Assembly: GCF_964355755.1 (NCBI RefSeq)
Contig: NC_092670.1
Coordinates: forward strand, 7,058,201-7,122,200
Source of the DNA: Antedon mediterranea
Taxonomy: Eukaryota > Animalia > Echinodermata
Direction: 5' to 3'
Length of the DNA: 64,000 nt
Shown: one piece after another, positions 1 through 14,300 of the stretch
Layout of the letters: every line of letters begins with the position of its first letter
How positions within the stretch are numbered: position 1 is the stretch's first letter
Program-made: the position numbers and the translations under genes
Notes under the pieces: generated by a model
Told to the model about the DNA's origin: nothing
Database searches by the model: none
What the model saw: the letters and a program-made list of their open reading frames with translations, nothing else

Positions 1-86
1 AACCAACTTTATATACCATCGAGTAAACATTCTAGAAGTAACGCGCGATTTACCGAATTTTGCCCTTACGTAAATTTATATATAGA
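1..86 (-). mobile_element. 5' terminus of a non-autonomous Helitron (rest lies upstream of the window)
   Basis: Nearly identical to 24738-24823; minus strand begins TCTATATATAAATTTACG. Confidence 0.65.
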
Positions 87-87
87 T

Positions 88-1689
88 GTCCCTTGCTAAA
101 AACTGGATATAATATGGACAACTCATTACTAATTAAATTATTATATGTTAGATTAAATAAATTTAAACAAATATGAAATCAATTTACATTAAAATATAAT
201 CGATTGTCTTATTAGATATAAGTAAATTGTTGAGACCTAAATAATTACTATTTAATTTTCAAACATACCTTAATAATAATCGACTACGATAGGTGGTATC
301 CACAAACTATTAAGATTAGACCTATGTTTAAGATTGTTACATTTTGTATTCTCTCTTGTAAGATTGATATAATGTTTGCTACGGTAGACCTACAATAAAA
401 TAAGTTTTCGTCACTCACTTGATATCATAAATGTAATTGTAGATGCAACAGCGGACTTTCAAAGAGAGAGTAGTATGTCAACGATAGTAAATGGTAGGTA
501 CAATCATCTACCATAACATTTTAAACATTAAAAATGTATTATATTTAATAAAGTATCTATATATTAATTCTACTAAAGTGGTCGCTGAATGGCACGTGCT
601 CGCTGAATGGCACGTGCTCAAATTTGGCACACTAATGTTTCTTAATGGGCCGCACATGATAGGCTATATCACTTTCCTAAAAATGTTAAGGACAAACACT
701 AAAAAAGGCCGAAAAATAACAGAGGCCATGTTTCGCGAGTTTTTACGTTACGTATCAACTGCGCAACCTTATCTGTTGTGTACCGCAATGGCCGGATCTA
801 CAAATACCGTGCCTCCAAATTAAAACAGTGTTTAGTCTAAATATAAACAACTATGAAATCAACTTACATTAAGTTTAATCGATTGTCTTATTCAATATAA
901 GTAAATTGTTGAGGCCTAAATAATTACTATTTTAAGATAAGAAAACTACAGTTTTAATATAATTATGTTAACGTCCCTTGCTAAAAACTGGATATAATAT
1001 AGACAACTCATTACTAATTAAATTATTATGTGTTAGATTAAATAAATATAAACAAATATGAAATCAATTTAGTAAATTGTTTAAATAATTGCTATTTTAA
1101 TTTTCGAATGGAATTACAAACATACCATAATAATTATATCGACTACGATAGGTGGTAAGTCAACTTAAAGTCACATCCATGTTTTTTTTAATACTGAAAC
1201 CTTTTGAAGTATAGTAGGTTGGTTTAATGCTATTCTTAATATAATCATGAAGATTAGTAGTTGTTTTTTCCCGTAGATTATTTTGCTTACTACATTTGTT
1301 GTTTATCACCTTTTTTACTTTAGATATTTCTTTGGGGACAGAAATAGTAACTAAATGGGTTACCATAACCGGTAAGTTTAATTGTCTTTAACGTCATATC
1401 AAAATGCTAGTGTTTAAGCATATATCCACAAAATGTATTAAAATTAGGCCTATGTTTAAGAATTTTGTATTCTCTCTTGTAAGATTGATATAATTTTTGC
1501 TACGGTAGACCTAAAGTAAAATAACATCACTTACATGATATCATAACTTTAATTGTAGATGCAACAACGGACTTTCAAAAAGAGAGTAGTATCTCAACGA
1601 TAGTAAATGGTAGGTACAATCATACAGCATGACATTTTAAACATTTCTTTAAAAATGTATTTTATTTAATAAAGTATCTATATATTAAT
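88..1689. repeat. Local imperfect direct duplication (~88-567 vs ~973-1689)
   Basis: gtcccttgctaaaaactggatataat... and downstream blocks (gatgcaaca..ggactttcaaa..gagagtagt) occur twice in the same order. Confidence 0.75.
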
Positions 1690-2030
1690 GTTATTGTTTT
1701 AGACCAAAATGAGGGAACAATCAAAGAGAGTATATTATTAAAAACCAGATACAATGGTAATACTACAATCTAAATAAGTTAAAGTATAAAGTTAACTTAT
1801 TGTGATTACATTACTAGAAATGCGACTGATTATTTTAGCAATATACTATAACAATTTAATCAGCTTCATTACACAACATAGAGATGCACCGAAAAGCTAT
1901 AAAAAAACAGGTGTAACTAGCCTAATACTACTACTACCAATAATTAGCAATATCCACATAAGCTTACAGCTATATATTATTTTTAATTATTGCTTAATCA
2001 GTAACAAATCTTGTCTTATTACCTCACCAG

Positions 2031-2363
2031 ATTGTGTTGAAAATATTTATCTAAACAGTAATGATGTTATCAACATAACTTCTCCAAATTATCATGACAA
2101 CTACGATAACAATGAAAACTGCGAATGGATCGTAGAAAGCCCTCAAAATACTGGAATTCTACTCACGTTTTATGATATAGAGCTAGAGAGCTGTTGTGAC
2201 TTTTTGATTATAACCTATGTTGACGTCAATGGCGATACATTACTTATAGAGTGGAATAGTAACAACTCTCTTTTGGTTACAACACACTTGAATTTAACTT
2301 TTCAAACTGACTTGTCAGTTGTTAACAGAGGGTTTGCTCTAGGACTGAAGATTATTAACATAG
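2031..2363 (+). CDS. aGPCR exon: CUB domain
   Basis: [53 protein letters not shown]; cag| ... |gtatgt; phase 1-1. Confidence 0.9.
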
Positions 2364-5300
2364 GTATGTTGACATTTTTTATTCAAGTATTTTATGCAAT
2401 TTCTCAACTTAGACTTAACTGTTGATACTGAACAAATATTGATATGTTTATTTTTAAATATAAATAGAAAATGTAGAATATTCTTGCTTTACTCGAAAAA
2501 CTGATATCCATACAAATTGATATTTTACTGATTATGTGTTTTGTATTAAGGGGGTTAAATTCTCATATATTATTAATGTTCAATTCCACTCATTATTTTC
2601 TCATACATGATTATGAACTGAGCTTTTAGGAGAGTTTCAAAACTGTCTTCAAAACATTTTATGTAATAAGAAAGATTTTCATTTCAATTTTTAACTCGTT
2701 TATATACTACTTTTGAAAGTGGATTAAATAATTAGTTTGAAGAGAAAACACGATGGATAACCCCACCGTAGATCTGACCAGCTTTATGTTGACTAAGATT
2801 GAAGAACGTGCTTGTATTGAGTGATCTTGCATTAAAATATTCTCTTTTAGACTATCAAATTATTAAACAAACCCCCTGCCTAGAAACATATTTACTTGAG
2901 CCATTAGACTTCGAAAGCGCAAGCATAAAATTTAAATTGCGACCTAATACGTTACCATTAAAGAGACGTACCTCAAGCTGGTCAGATAAAAGCAAAAATG
3001 ACGGTCTATATACCCTATGTATCTCTAAATCCACCAAAGATCTTAGGAATTTCCTTTTTTCATGTCCTGCGCTCCAGAATATTAGACTAGAGTAATTGGA
3101 AATACTCGAGCAAAATCTATCGAATGCAATTGACGTTTGGAACCAATTTAATAATGGAACCAATTTAATAATGTAACAATAGACCAAAAATTCATGTATG
3201 TTTTTGGTTCACCTGTACTTGATCTTCCTATAAATATTGAAGTTGCATTCGATAGATTTTGTAAAGGTTTCACCAAACGGGCATGGAAAAAGAGAAGGGA
3301 AATCAACAATGAAAATAATTAGTTCTTTGCTTTTTAAATCCTGTATTACTTTTAATCTTGTACATAATTTATTTCAGGTTTCCTTGTACTGTAAATAGGC
3401 CTATTGTTATCATTTTTTAAAACTTTTATTTTACTTACTGTATTATGGACGCACTTTCATTCAAGAAGTGTGACACTGTTTCAAAACTATTACTTTTGTT
3501 AATGTTATTTTTTTATAACATAATTTAGTTTAAGTTTCCTTGTACTGTAAATAGGCCTATTGTTAAATCATTTTTTCCCTCTAACTTTTATTTTACTTAC
3601 TCTGGACGCACCTACATTCAAGAAGAGTGCCACTGTTTCAAAAGTGTAGCTTCCAAATAAATTATTATATGTTGGCATTTTTTTCCTACTAATTAGAAAA
3701 ATAATTAATAAGGTTCGGTTTGCGATACATCATGTGTTTCCAAACGTTAGAGGTGTCGGGCAACACTAGCCCTTCATCAGTGCAAGTGAAGGAATTTGGA
3801 TAACGTCATAGTATAAGAACTGGCTGGGTGGACAGGAATAAAAGAAATACAACAAAAGGAGACATGGTGGAGTCTGAATAAGAGTAGAAAACAAAGAAAG
3901 TAGCTTGGTAGAGATATAAACAATTTTGGAATGAAACTAAAAAACAGCTTAAATGGTGGTTAATATTGAAACTTAAATTTTGGTAGTCAATGGAATAATT
4001 TTAACGATCTGGGAGTATGTTCCTAATGTTAAGTCCAAAAGGTTTTGTGATTTTAAGTTGTAATTCCGAGTGGTTTTCTTTGTCTTTGCGAGTTTTGTCG
4101 CTCCATTTGACATCGTGGTCTATTGCAATAACTCTGAAATTTGCAATCGAGTAAATAGCTGAATTAAAATGTTCGGCTACAGGTTGATCAAGCTTTAATG
4201 TTTTGATAGCTGATCTGTGTTGTGTCATTCCCCCCATACGGAGAGTGTTTTTTGTTTCCCCGACGTACTGTTTGCCACATATATTACAGTATATGAGATA
4301 AATGACGTTTTTGGTTAGACAATTAATTGATTGTCTTTTCCGAAAATTGCGACCAGTTTTGTTGCTCTGAAATTTTTCAGTAGAATCAACAAATGAACAA
4401 GTTTTGCAAGATTTTGCTGTCATGAGAGTTAATTTCACTCTTAAATATGGATCTGACTAATATATCACGAAGGGTGGTTCCGGAAAAACAGTCCTGAGAC
4501 GTTCTGTGGACTGTAGAATGGGCATATAATAATAATAATAATATAATAATAGCCCGTAATAGAGGCAACCTAGGGTGATAGGTTGTGACCAATGGCACTC
4601 TGGTCGAATTTGGCTGACGTGGTTTATACGTCAGTGTTTGACATCGAGGAATATCTTTTGCTTTCTTTATAGCAGTTTCGATGTATTCCTTCTTGTAATT
4701 TCTATTTCGGAGATGTCCGGTTAGTTCTTCGGTACGATTCTGAAACTCTAAATCTGAAGAACAGATACGTCTGATACGTAATGCTTGACTGTACGGTATG
4801 TTTTTAGTACAGTGTCGGGGATGACAACTGCTAGGGAGCAGGTACATATTTTTATCCGTGGGTTTACGGAATAGGTCAGTTTTGAGTTAACATTTTCTAT
4901 GGTCACTATAGTGTCCAAAAAATCAACGCTACTAGTGGATTTGGTAGCTGTAAATGTGATAGTTGGGTGCGCTGAATTAATATTGAGAAGAGAGATTCCA
5001 AATTATCTTCACCATGGGTCCAGGTCATGAAGATGTCGTCAATGTATCTAAACCAAACAAGTGGTTTATTAGGTTGGAGGGACAGAAAATTGGCCTCAAA
5101 TTGTCCCATAAATAAATTTGCAAAAGATGGCGCCATTTTTGTGCCCATCGCTGTGCCATGAATTTGAAGGTAATGGTCATATATATATACTATATTATAC
5201 AAATAATGTATATCCCACAGATCAAGAAGCTCCAGATATTATCAATTGTCCGATGGATTTGACAGTTAACACGTCTGTTGAGGCATTTGCAATCAATGTC

Positions 5301-8300
5301 ACATGGGTTGAACCTACAGCTACTGATAACTCTGGAGAGACTCCTGTACCAGTAGCAGACTACACTTCTGGTGATAATATGTTTGAAATTGGGAACACAA
5401 CAATCCAGTACAATGTCTCAGATTCAGCTGGTAACTTTAATGATAGCTGCACTTTTGTTATCCATGTTGAAGGTAAGAGTGTACCTTATATGACAACATT
5501 AGATTTTATTTATTTATTTTTCATTTATTCAGGTATAAACACATTTACATTCCAATATGCAGCAACAGCTAAATCGGTTGGATTACAATAAAAAAAAAAA
5601 CAAAGCATAAAACAAGCAAATTATAAGATTCGTGCTAAGTACGGGATTGTTGATTTTCTGTACCTGCATCAATCCAATTGTGCAAGTATTGTTCCTTAAT
5701 CTGAAATTCCTATTAGACTTATATTGAGGTAACATATTATCCCAAAATTGTACAGACTTTAAAAGGCTCTCTCAAAACTTGTGAAGAAGATGTTGTTGTC
5801 ATTGTTGTGACATTAGAATAATGAAATATTCATTCACAACCCATGAGTACATTAGTTTGTTTATATTTAGTCTTAACTAACTTTTTATTGTCATCAATCA
5901 AAAATATCTATATCCTTAATAATTCGTTTCCACTGAATTTGTATTGCCTTAATACACAAATACTCATTTTAACCAGTTTTACATTTCAATAGTATTTCGT
6001 TCGATGTTAAAAATTTGTTCTCATTAACAATGCCATTAATACAAATAATGTCACTGGCAATCCAATGGTTGTCAAAAAGCGTTTTTTTAGTTTAACGAAG
6101 TGCTTTCCCAAAAGGTGCTCATTCATTATTATAAGTTTCAAATTATTTTTAGAGAATATATAATCTATGTAAGCTTTTATCATATTTTTTTTTGTAAAAC
6201 AGTGGAATATCATCGGAATAAACATAAATAATACTAGAACATTAAATATTAAGTAAAATATTAACATCACATATTTTTTTTAAATAATAATACATTGAAA
6301 TGCTTTTCCATTGAGCACCATCATTGTTCCTAATTCTTTTTAACCAGCCATGTAGTGGATGGCTAGCCTTGTTACAATTTGAGCTACAGTAATGTTGTTA
6401 AGTCAAATGCAATTTATTTTGGTAATAGATAAGATAAGTCCAATGATTGACTGCCCAGCAAATGTCACTTCTAACAATTACATCGGAGAAGGGTATGGAC
6501 TAGTAAATGTCAGCACAGATATAGGAAGTCCAAATGCCACTGTTACCTGGGATCCTCCTGAGACAAGTGACAATAGTGGTGGACTTGTGACTGTAATGTC
6601 CTCATCTTTTGAGTCTGGTGACATGATACCAATTGGTACTAACACAATCACATATATAGCAACTGATCCTTCTGGTAATAGGGACACCTGTGTCTTTGGC
6701 ATCAAGGTTGAAGGTAAATTATATATCTTTTAAATTTGAGCAATTAGAAATTCATGACAAATTTTATTTCATTGTTATACTATTACATATCGTAAATGTA
6801 ATTGTGAATTGTGAATAAATGTCTAACTGTTACCAATATCTACTTTTTTTAAACCAGGGTAGCCCAATCGGTCAAAACGACTCTTTTGCCTTTGGTTGTT
6901 ATGTACAAACAAAGAGTACTAAACAGAAAGTGGTCTATATTTTTATTTACATTATGAAACTTACGTGTGCCGCTCTGTACAACATAAACATTCTTATTTA
7001 TTTTGATGTTCAATATAATAAAAGATGACAAGATTATATATATTTTTTTGTAATATTTGTTACCTTGATTTTCAGTGTTGCTCTTTTTATATGGTGACAT
7101 AATATACACCTATTTTTGTATCTGTTAAATTAATTGTTTCTCTGCAAAATTGTTTATTTATATGGAATATATAATATTACTATAAATGAATTTCAGCATT
7201 AATTGTACTAAATACGTCAGTACTACACTAAGTTTTTTTTTTTACATATAATAATATTTTTTCATGTATTCAACTAGTGCTGGAGAGTTTGTTCAATCCC
7301 AACATGATAAATATGTTTATTAAGATTTTCAATATTTATTAATTCTTGTATTTCATTTCCATTTTATTACTAAATAGACAATGAGGATCCTGTCTTGGTT
7401 TGTCCACCTAATATTACAACTACTACAGCAGATGATTCAAATCAAGCACTCAATGTCAGCTGGACTGATCCAATAGTAATTGACAATTCTGGTGAAGATA
7501 TAAAACCAACGTCCAAGTACTATCCTGGAAATAATGAATTCGATATTGGTAGAACTGATGTTATATATGATTCAGTTGATAGTTCACGCAATTCAGCAAC
7601 TTGTACCTTTACTGTAACTGTTATTGGTAAGTTTGACATGTATACTCCTAATGTAACTCGATTATCTGAATATGATTGTATATTATTACTAATAAATAAA
7701 ATAAATTTATTGTCATATAAAAACATTTACATTGAAATGAATTGAATGGTTTCGGCTAACAACAAATAAATAGGACTTAAACTACATTATTTATTGAAAT
7801 TCTTGATTTTAGTAAAAACTAAACCTACTCTGTTTCACACTGTCTCAGATGATTAACAACATTATAAAGTATACTATTTATTGTTTGTCAGGGCCCGCCC
7901 GTATAGGAGGAGGTGAGGAGGCGGAGTTCCTTTAAGGGAGGTGCTTATTCGAGGATACTTTAATTTTTTAGTTGTAATAATAGGGTAACATTTATAATCA
8001 AATAGAATCCTCTAATAGATATGAAATTGGTAAAAAGAATAACAAATGCTTGGTAAATTGTAAATAACAGTCCGATGAATTCTATAGTATAATTGTGTTA
8101 TAAATATAATACAATATTGTGTTTTTGTTGTGTGTATAAATGTGGATGGGCGGTTCTAAGTGATATTTTATTGGAGAGGTATTGGCTGTTTATTCAAATA
8201 AATACCATCCTAATTGGTATAGTTAAAACATTATTTAGTTAGTTAGAAACTAACTTCCGTGGCACAGTGAGCCGTTTCGTTTCGGCCTAAGAAAGAAGAC

Positions 8301-11300
8301 GTTAAAAGGCTTGTAATGCGGGGAGGGGCGTACGCACGAAAGAGGGGTGGGTTTGGGAGGGGACTGGATTTGGGAGTGGGTGTCCCCCCCCCCATCGTGT
8401 CCCCCTCCCGAGCCTCAGTTTCCATTACATGTAATAACAATGTCACATAATGTAAATTTAAATAAATCCTTCCTAAATACTCTAATACGGATCTTTTTCG
8501 ACGAACTAATAATAAACTTTGATCGAAAAACACTTCATTTGGTATTGCGGCACTCCGAAAATGCCTCGATAGTGCATGTGTTTAGTGTACGACTGTGCTT
8601 TGGTGGTCTGTTTAACCTCAGATATATACCCTATAGCCGGGTGAATAACTCAATGTAATTTAGTATACAATGATTGCCGTAATCGCCGTGTCTATAACAC
8701 AAATCAATAAAATGCCAAATACGCCACACGCGTTTTTTCGGCCGTGTACATAGAACAAGACATTTCATGTTTATGTTATGCCTATGAAATAATAATAAAA
8801 AAAGAACATCATGTTTCTAGTATTTTTTATCGTTTATACGGCAAACCATTATATAAAAAACCTTCATACGCAAGAAAAAAGTTCACGATATTACACTCTA
8901 CTCCGTACAGGGGTGTAAATATACAGGTCCGCGCTAACGCTTGCACACGGACCAGGGCGGAAAATGGTGTATATTTGGAGAGTGATGACGTCAGCATTCA
9001 CACGAGGAGCGAGCTAAGACAACGTGATGCTGGTAGTGGGACTCGAGCATGCATGTGTTTTGAAAATAACTCAGTTGTGGGTATTTTCCGAAGATTTTAA
9101 ATCGCGTTTTTTTTTTAACTCTTGAATTCATAAATAGTAATTAAACTCTTACCTCTTTCACTATATAAGTTTTCGTTTATTATTATTATTACTATGTAGG
9201 CCTATTTACAGAACTATAGCTCTAGCCTATTCTTCTTAATTAAAATAGTCAAGTGCGTCGAATCCGCGTCTAGTGACGGTCGCGGGTTTGGTGCATCTTT
9301 TTTTCCCTTTAGAATTAAAGGGGGTGGCTAGCCACCACATTCACCCCCTAGATCCAGTTTTATGCGCGAAAAGAAACGTGACCAGACCCTGTTTTATGGT
9401 TAGGGCCAACCGCTTCCTTTTTCCCAATCGAACCCCCACCCAAACCAATTTAATCGACAACATGAACCCGGAAATGACTTCTACCACGTACGATTGAAAA
9501 TTTACCGATGAAATCAGAAATGTTGTTTTAAAACATTTTATAATATCTTCATAAGATAGAAATATGCAACAATATCATAATATTGAGAACTAATGTTATC
9601 AAATCATTTAAACTTTCAATTGAGAGTAGATAATTATATTTGATATACTAGGCCAATGTATTAAATACAATTGTGTATTATGATTACAACTACAGAAAAT
9701 TCATTTTCCTGTGTAAGAGCCATGTTTTTTTTTATTGAAACGTGTGCACTTGAATTCTTGTATATACTGTAATTCTGATTCATAATTTGTCTTTTGTATT
9801 CATTTCTTTTATTCGCAGCATAATATAACAAATGGTAACAGAATAACAAATTGTATTGTGTTTTTTGTACATAATGCAAACTAAAAAAAGTTAAAGTCAC
9901 TCAAGCCATTCTTTAAAAGTCATTCCGTTTAACAATTTGTTGACATGTGTTCACAAATCTCCTTATATCAAGATCAATTCAATTGAAATACGAATAATCA
10001 GTACTTAAGCATAGTTACATGTACTTTTCATAGATATTGAGGCTCCATTTTTTTATGGTAACTCTACCGTTGGTTGATTTCGACATATTATTCTTAGCCA
10101 TATCTATACGCTTCACATCAGTGCAGACAAGTAACACTCATGGGGTGATCCAACTTTCTTCAGATATTTTTACTACAGATAATGTATCAGATACTTAAAA
10201 CCCGTTGTTCGCTTAAATGTAGAAATACACTAATCTAAGAAGTAATATAAAGTAGTAGTTTCTGAATCAGGATCGAGGGTTGCATCGTATTGGAGGCACA
10301 GACAATTGCACGAGGATAATAATATAACTTATCAGCCTGCACATTCTAGACGTTACAAAATGTAACTGATATAAAATAGGTGTTACTATAGTTTAATAAT
10401 ATATTCATAGAATAGAATAATTTATACTCATATTCCATAATAACTGAGACAAGAATGAACATTGTTGTCTCAGTTAATAATGAGGGAGGGTTTGAATTGG
10501 AATAATCCAATATATCGAAAGACTATCCATATATTATTATCAACATTGTTTAGATCAAGAAGCTCCAGATATTTTCAATTGCCCAATGGATTTGATTGTT
10601 GACACAGCAACTGGTGAGGCATTTGCCATCAATGTCACATGGGTTGAACCGACAGCTACTGACAACTCTGATGAGACTCCTATACCAGTATCAGACTACA
10701 CTTCTGGTGATATGTTTGCACTTGGTAACACAACAGTCCAGTACAATGTCTCAGATTCAGCTGGTAACTTTAATGATAGCTGTAGTTTTTTCGTCACTGT
10801 TAAAGGTAAGAAAAGAAGAAATTAAACTTTAGCTTAAGTAATATGAATATGTCAAATGTGATCTAGTTTTAGGAGAAGGAGGATATACAATAATTTAAAT
10901 TCAGTAAATTAGCATAAAATGTTGAAAAGGTAATACAGTAGATCTTCTATTAATGGGACACCCTCGAGACCCCACACATTTTCCTCTCAAAATGCATATT
11001 CGTACCCATTCTATCTTTTCTGCATTGTTATTATAGATTTGGAGACACCATCTTTTAATGGTACATGCCCATCCAGTCCTTTGGAGGTACCAACTGATCC
11101 TCCAACCGGCAACAGACTCATTGGGGAAATGTTTGCAACTGTGATCTGGACAATTCCATCAGCAACTGATAATGTAGGTGTTGTCATGGTTACAAACAAC
11201 AGCTACCCTGGATCTCCAGTATATTTCAATATATCTTCTGATTATGACATGAATGTGGCATATGCTGCACAAGATGCAGCAGGCAATGTGGCGATATGTT

Positions 11301-14300
11301 CATTTTTAGTAAAAGTTGTGGGTAAGAATTAATTAAAAATAATATATAATCATTACGAAACAAGCCTGTAGAGACCAAACTGTAGTTTTTACTTATTTTC
11401 CAGACTTAACGTATATTTTAGCTCTACTTTACCGTATTGAGCACTTTCTAGACGGTTACATTGAACCGAACATTTATATAATCATTATATATATTACAAT
11501 AACTTATATCGTTCGAACAAATATTACCATACCATAAAAACATTAATTTTCTTCGGTGAATGTTAGTATATTTATATATAAAGTAAATGATGGATGAAAC
11601 TAAGCCAGGACTGTTTAATGCCTAATGTGACACCATCTCCATATACACCACTATATTCCCTTCCACGCTCTAACCAGGCCCTACATTGCTTAACTTCAGT
11701 GATCTGACGAGAACCGGTGTTTCAACGTGGTAAAGCCGTATAATTCTCACATTGATCAATAGTAATAATCTAGTCTGTATTAATTGAAATCACATTGATG
11801 TAATGCCATTAACATGGCCATAACTGTTTGCAACTCATATCTGTTTATTTCTTTATTAATATTATTATATATTATTATATATTATTAATATTTTATTTCA
11901 GACGAAGAACCTCCTGTCTTCTATACTTGTGACAACTCAACTGTTTATATCAACAACACTGCTGGTGAAAACTTTGCACCATACGCATGGATGGAGCCAG
12001 CTAATGCTGACAACATTTTAGTAGATTCAGAGAGATCAACACCTAATTTTGCACCAGGTCAAGACTTTACCGTCGGAGAAAATTATATTATTTATATAAA
12101 CTATGATACATCAGGAAACCAAAACAGTTGTAACTTTACACTTGTGGTTGTAGGTATGTTTCTGTTTCAGTTATTCCTTTACTTTACATTAATTAATATT
12201 TTAAAGATATATAATTTTTTAAATACCTTGAATTAAATAGAGTTTATTGGGATACGATAAAACAACATACTTGACGCAATTCATAGCGAAAGTACTCCTC
12301 TTGAATAATTATAATACAAGCCGAACTAATCCATATTGCTTGTAATTAGGACGTCATCAGTTGACCCACTAACGCGTTTTACAATAACCAACCATTTTAA
12401 TTTCTCGAATTATACTAAGATTCTTGGTGAATAATTTTACATTTGCCAGGTTAAAAAACATATTGGCACAGTTAAGTAAAGCTCAGTCACGATGTCCAGT
12501 TTTCCAAAAATTATAATTTTCAAAGAATCTTTGAAATATTACAAAAGAAAAGAACTAATTTAGTCTTGCTTGTATGTTTATTATATTTCAATAAAGTAGT
12601 TTTTAAAATTACAATTGTTTTTTTTTGTATTTCTGTTTAAAACATTTAAAATTAAGTTTTTAGATTTTACTCATCAAACACAGTCCTGCTATAATTTAGG
12701 GACGGATTATATTTACTCTTTTCTACTCATTTTGTGTGTAGATATTGAAGATCCAGCTATTGCCAATTGTCCAAACAATACTGCAAGCATAACAGATAAT
12801 GGCAAAAATTACAGTAATATTACCTGGACTCTGGAGCCTACAGCTACAGATAATGATGGTGTTGTAAGTTTTGAAAAGACACATAATTCAGGAGATTTAT
12901 TCTATCTTGGTGTTACAACTGTTAACTATACTGCTGTTGACCCTTCCGGAAATGTAGCCATATGTTTATTCAATATTACCCTTACAGGTAAGAGTTTTTC
13001 CTGCATTGAAATAGTCATGTCTTGCTCAAGCATACTGTATTGCACTGTAAGTGTTATGCTTACTGGAAGTAAAGCTTTGTGCTACAGAAAGTAATTCTCT
13101 GTTATCTGTAACTAAGCAGTTTTATAATGCATAACTTAAAGATGTATTGTCCCCCAAAAAATGAAAAATAAAGATGAAATCAAATTTTGAATAGACCGTT
13201 TTGTAGTTAACATAAAGTTATTCACTTCCACCGAAAAAAAATCCAAAAAAAATATTGATTTCGCTTATAAAAAAATCAAAATAAGTTTACCATTTTTTCG
13301 AACTCATCGGCTCAGAAATTAGGCCGGTAGAGCTAACTCATACATATGCATGATATGTTAATGAGCATCCACACAGCAGAAATCTGATCTAACAATGGAC
13401 GATGCACGTTGTATGTACGGTATGTACAACAACACCACCAGAGATCGACGCGACTGTGGGTTTCCCTGGCCTGATCGTATGTAAAGCTGAGCTGTTAATT
13501 TGTCGGTAAGTAGGCCTAGACGGTTATTTTAAATATAATAATATATATAACGCAATAATAACAGGAAGGTAAATTAATTAACTTAGCCTGGGATTTTTTC
13601 CGTTCAGGGCTTCTAGGCCTAGAATAATTAATACATGCTGCTGCATATTACTAGGCTAGTACTAGTAGTAGCAAGCAGACTGATGTGACAATCGGGTCCC
13701 TGCAGAAGATGCCCAGCTAGGCCCTATTCTATACATTGTACTCTTCATAGACTGGCCTAAGATATATGCCATCAATCTTAGCTACATTCCGAAAATACAG
13801 CCAGCTTGCTGTACCATATATATTTACAGTTGAAGCTTGTTTAACTAATTTTTATGATAAAAATAAAACAAACATTTTTCAGGGAAAATGGTTGCAATAC
13901 AAGCCTGAAATTGATAACCTTCCAGCAGCACTGTACAAGTAGACAGAGGGGAAAAGCCAGCTTAGCCATTTTACAACACAAACAAATGTTCTCTGTACTG
14001 TAGTAAGTCAAATATTTATTTTCTCTTTTTATAAGTTATAAAATTATAAGTAATGTGTTTTAATTACCATAGAAAGGTAGTATACTTATTTGACTATGTC
14101 AAAGTAAGCAATTTCACTAGCCCAATTTTGCACTAAATATGCATGATCTATTTTTTCCAGATTTTCATACTTTGCTTTTACTTTTTTTAAAGACGTTGAG
14201 CTGATGAAGACTGGAACAGAGGTCACCCAAAGACAACAATGATAGACTCGGTATTGGAATATGATTGGATATTGCAGGAAAAATATTTCTGACTCTCCTG

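Noticed and set aside
1802-2030. Hydrophobic N-terminus of ORF 1802-2425 as a signal peptide or gene start
   Set aside because: AT-rich intron-like sequence upstream of a clear cag acceptor at 2030; the true first exon is probably outside the window.
5520-5770. Possible LINE 3' remnants (also ~6845-6900 and ~30850-31135)
   Set aside because: Only tail-like sequence; too decayed to assign by eye.
8540-9500. CpG-richer patch with a TGACGTCA (CRE-like) site as an internal promoter
   Set aside because: Adjacent to a dispersed repeat and probably transposon-derived; no boundaries or transcript evidence.
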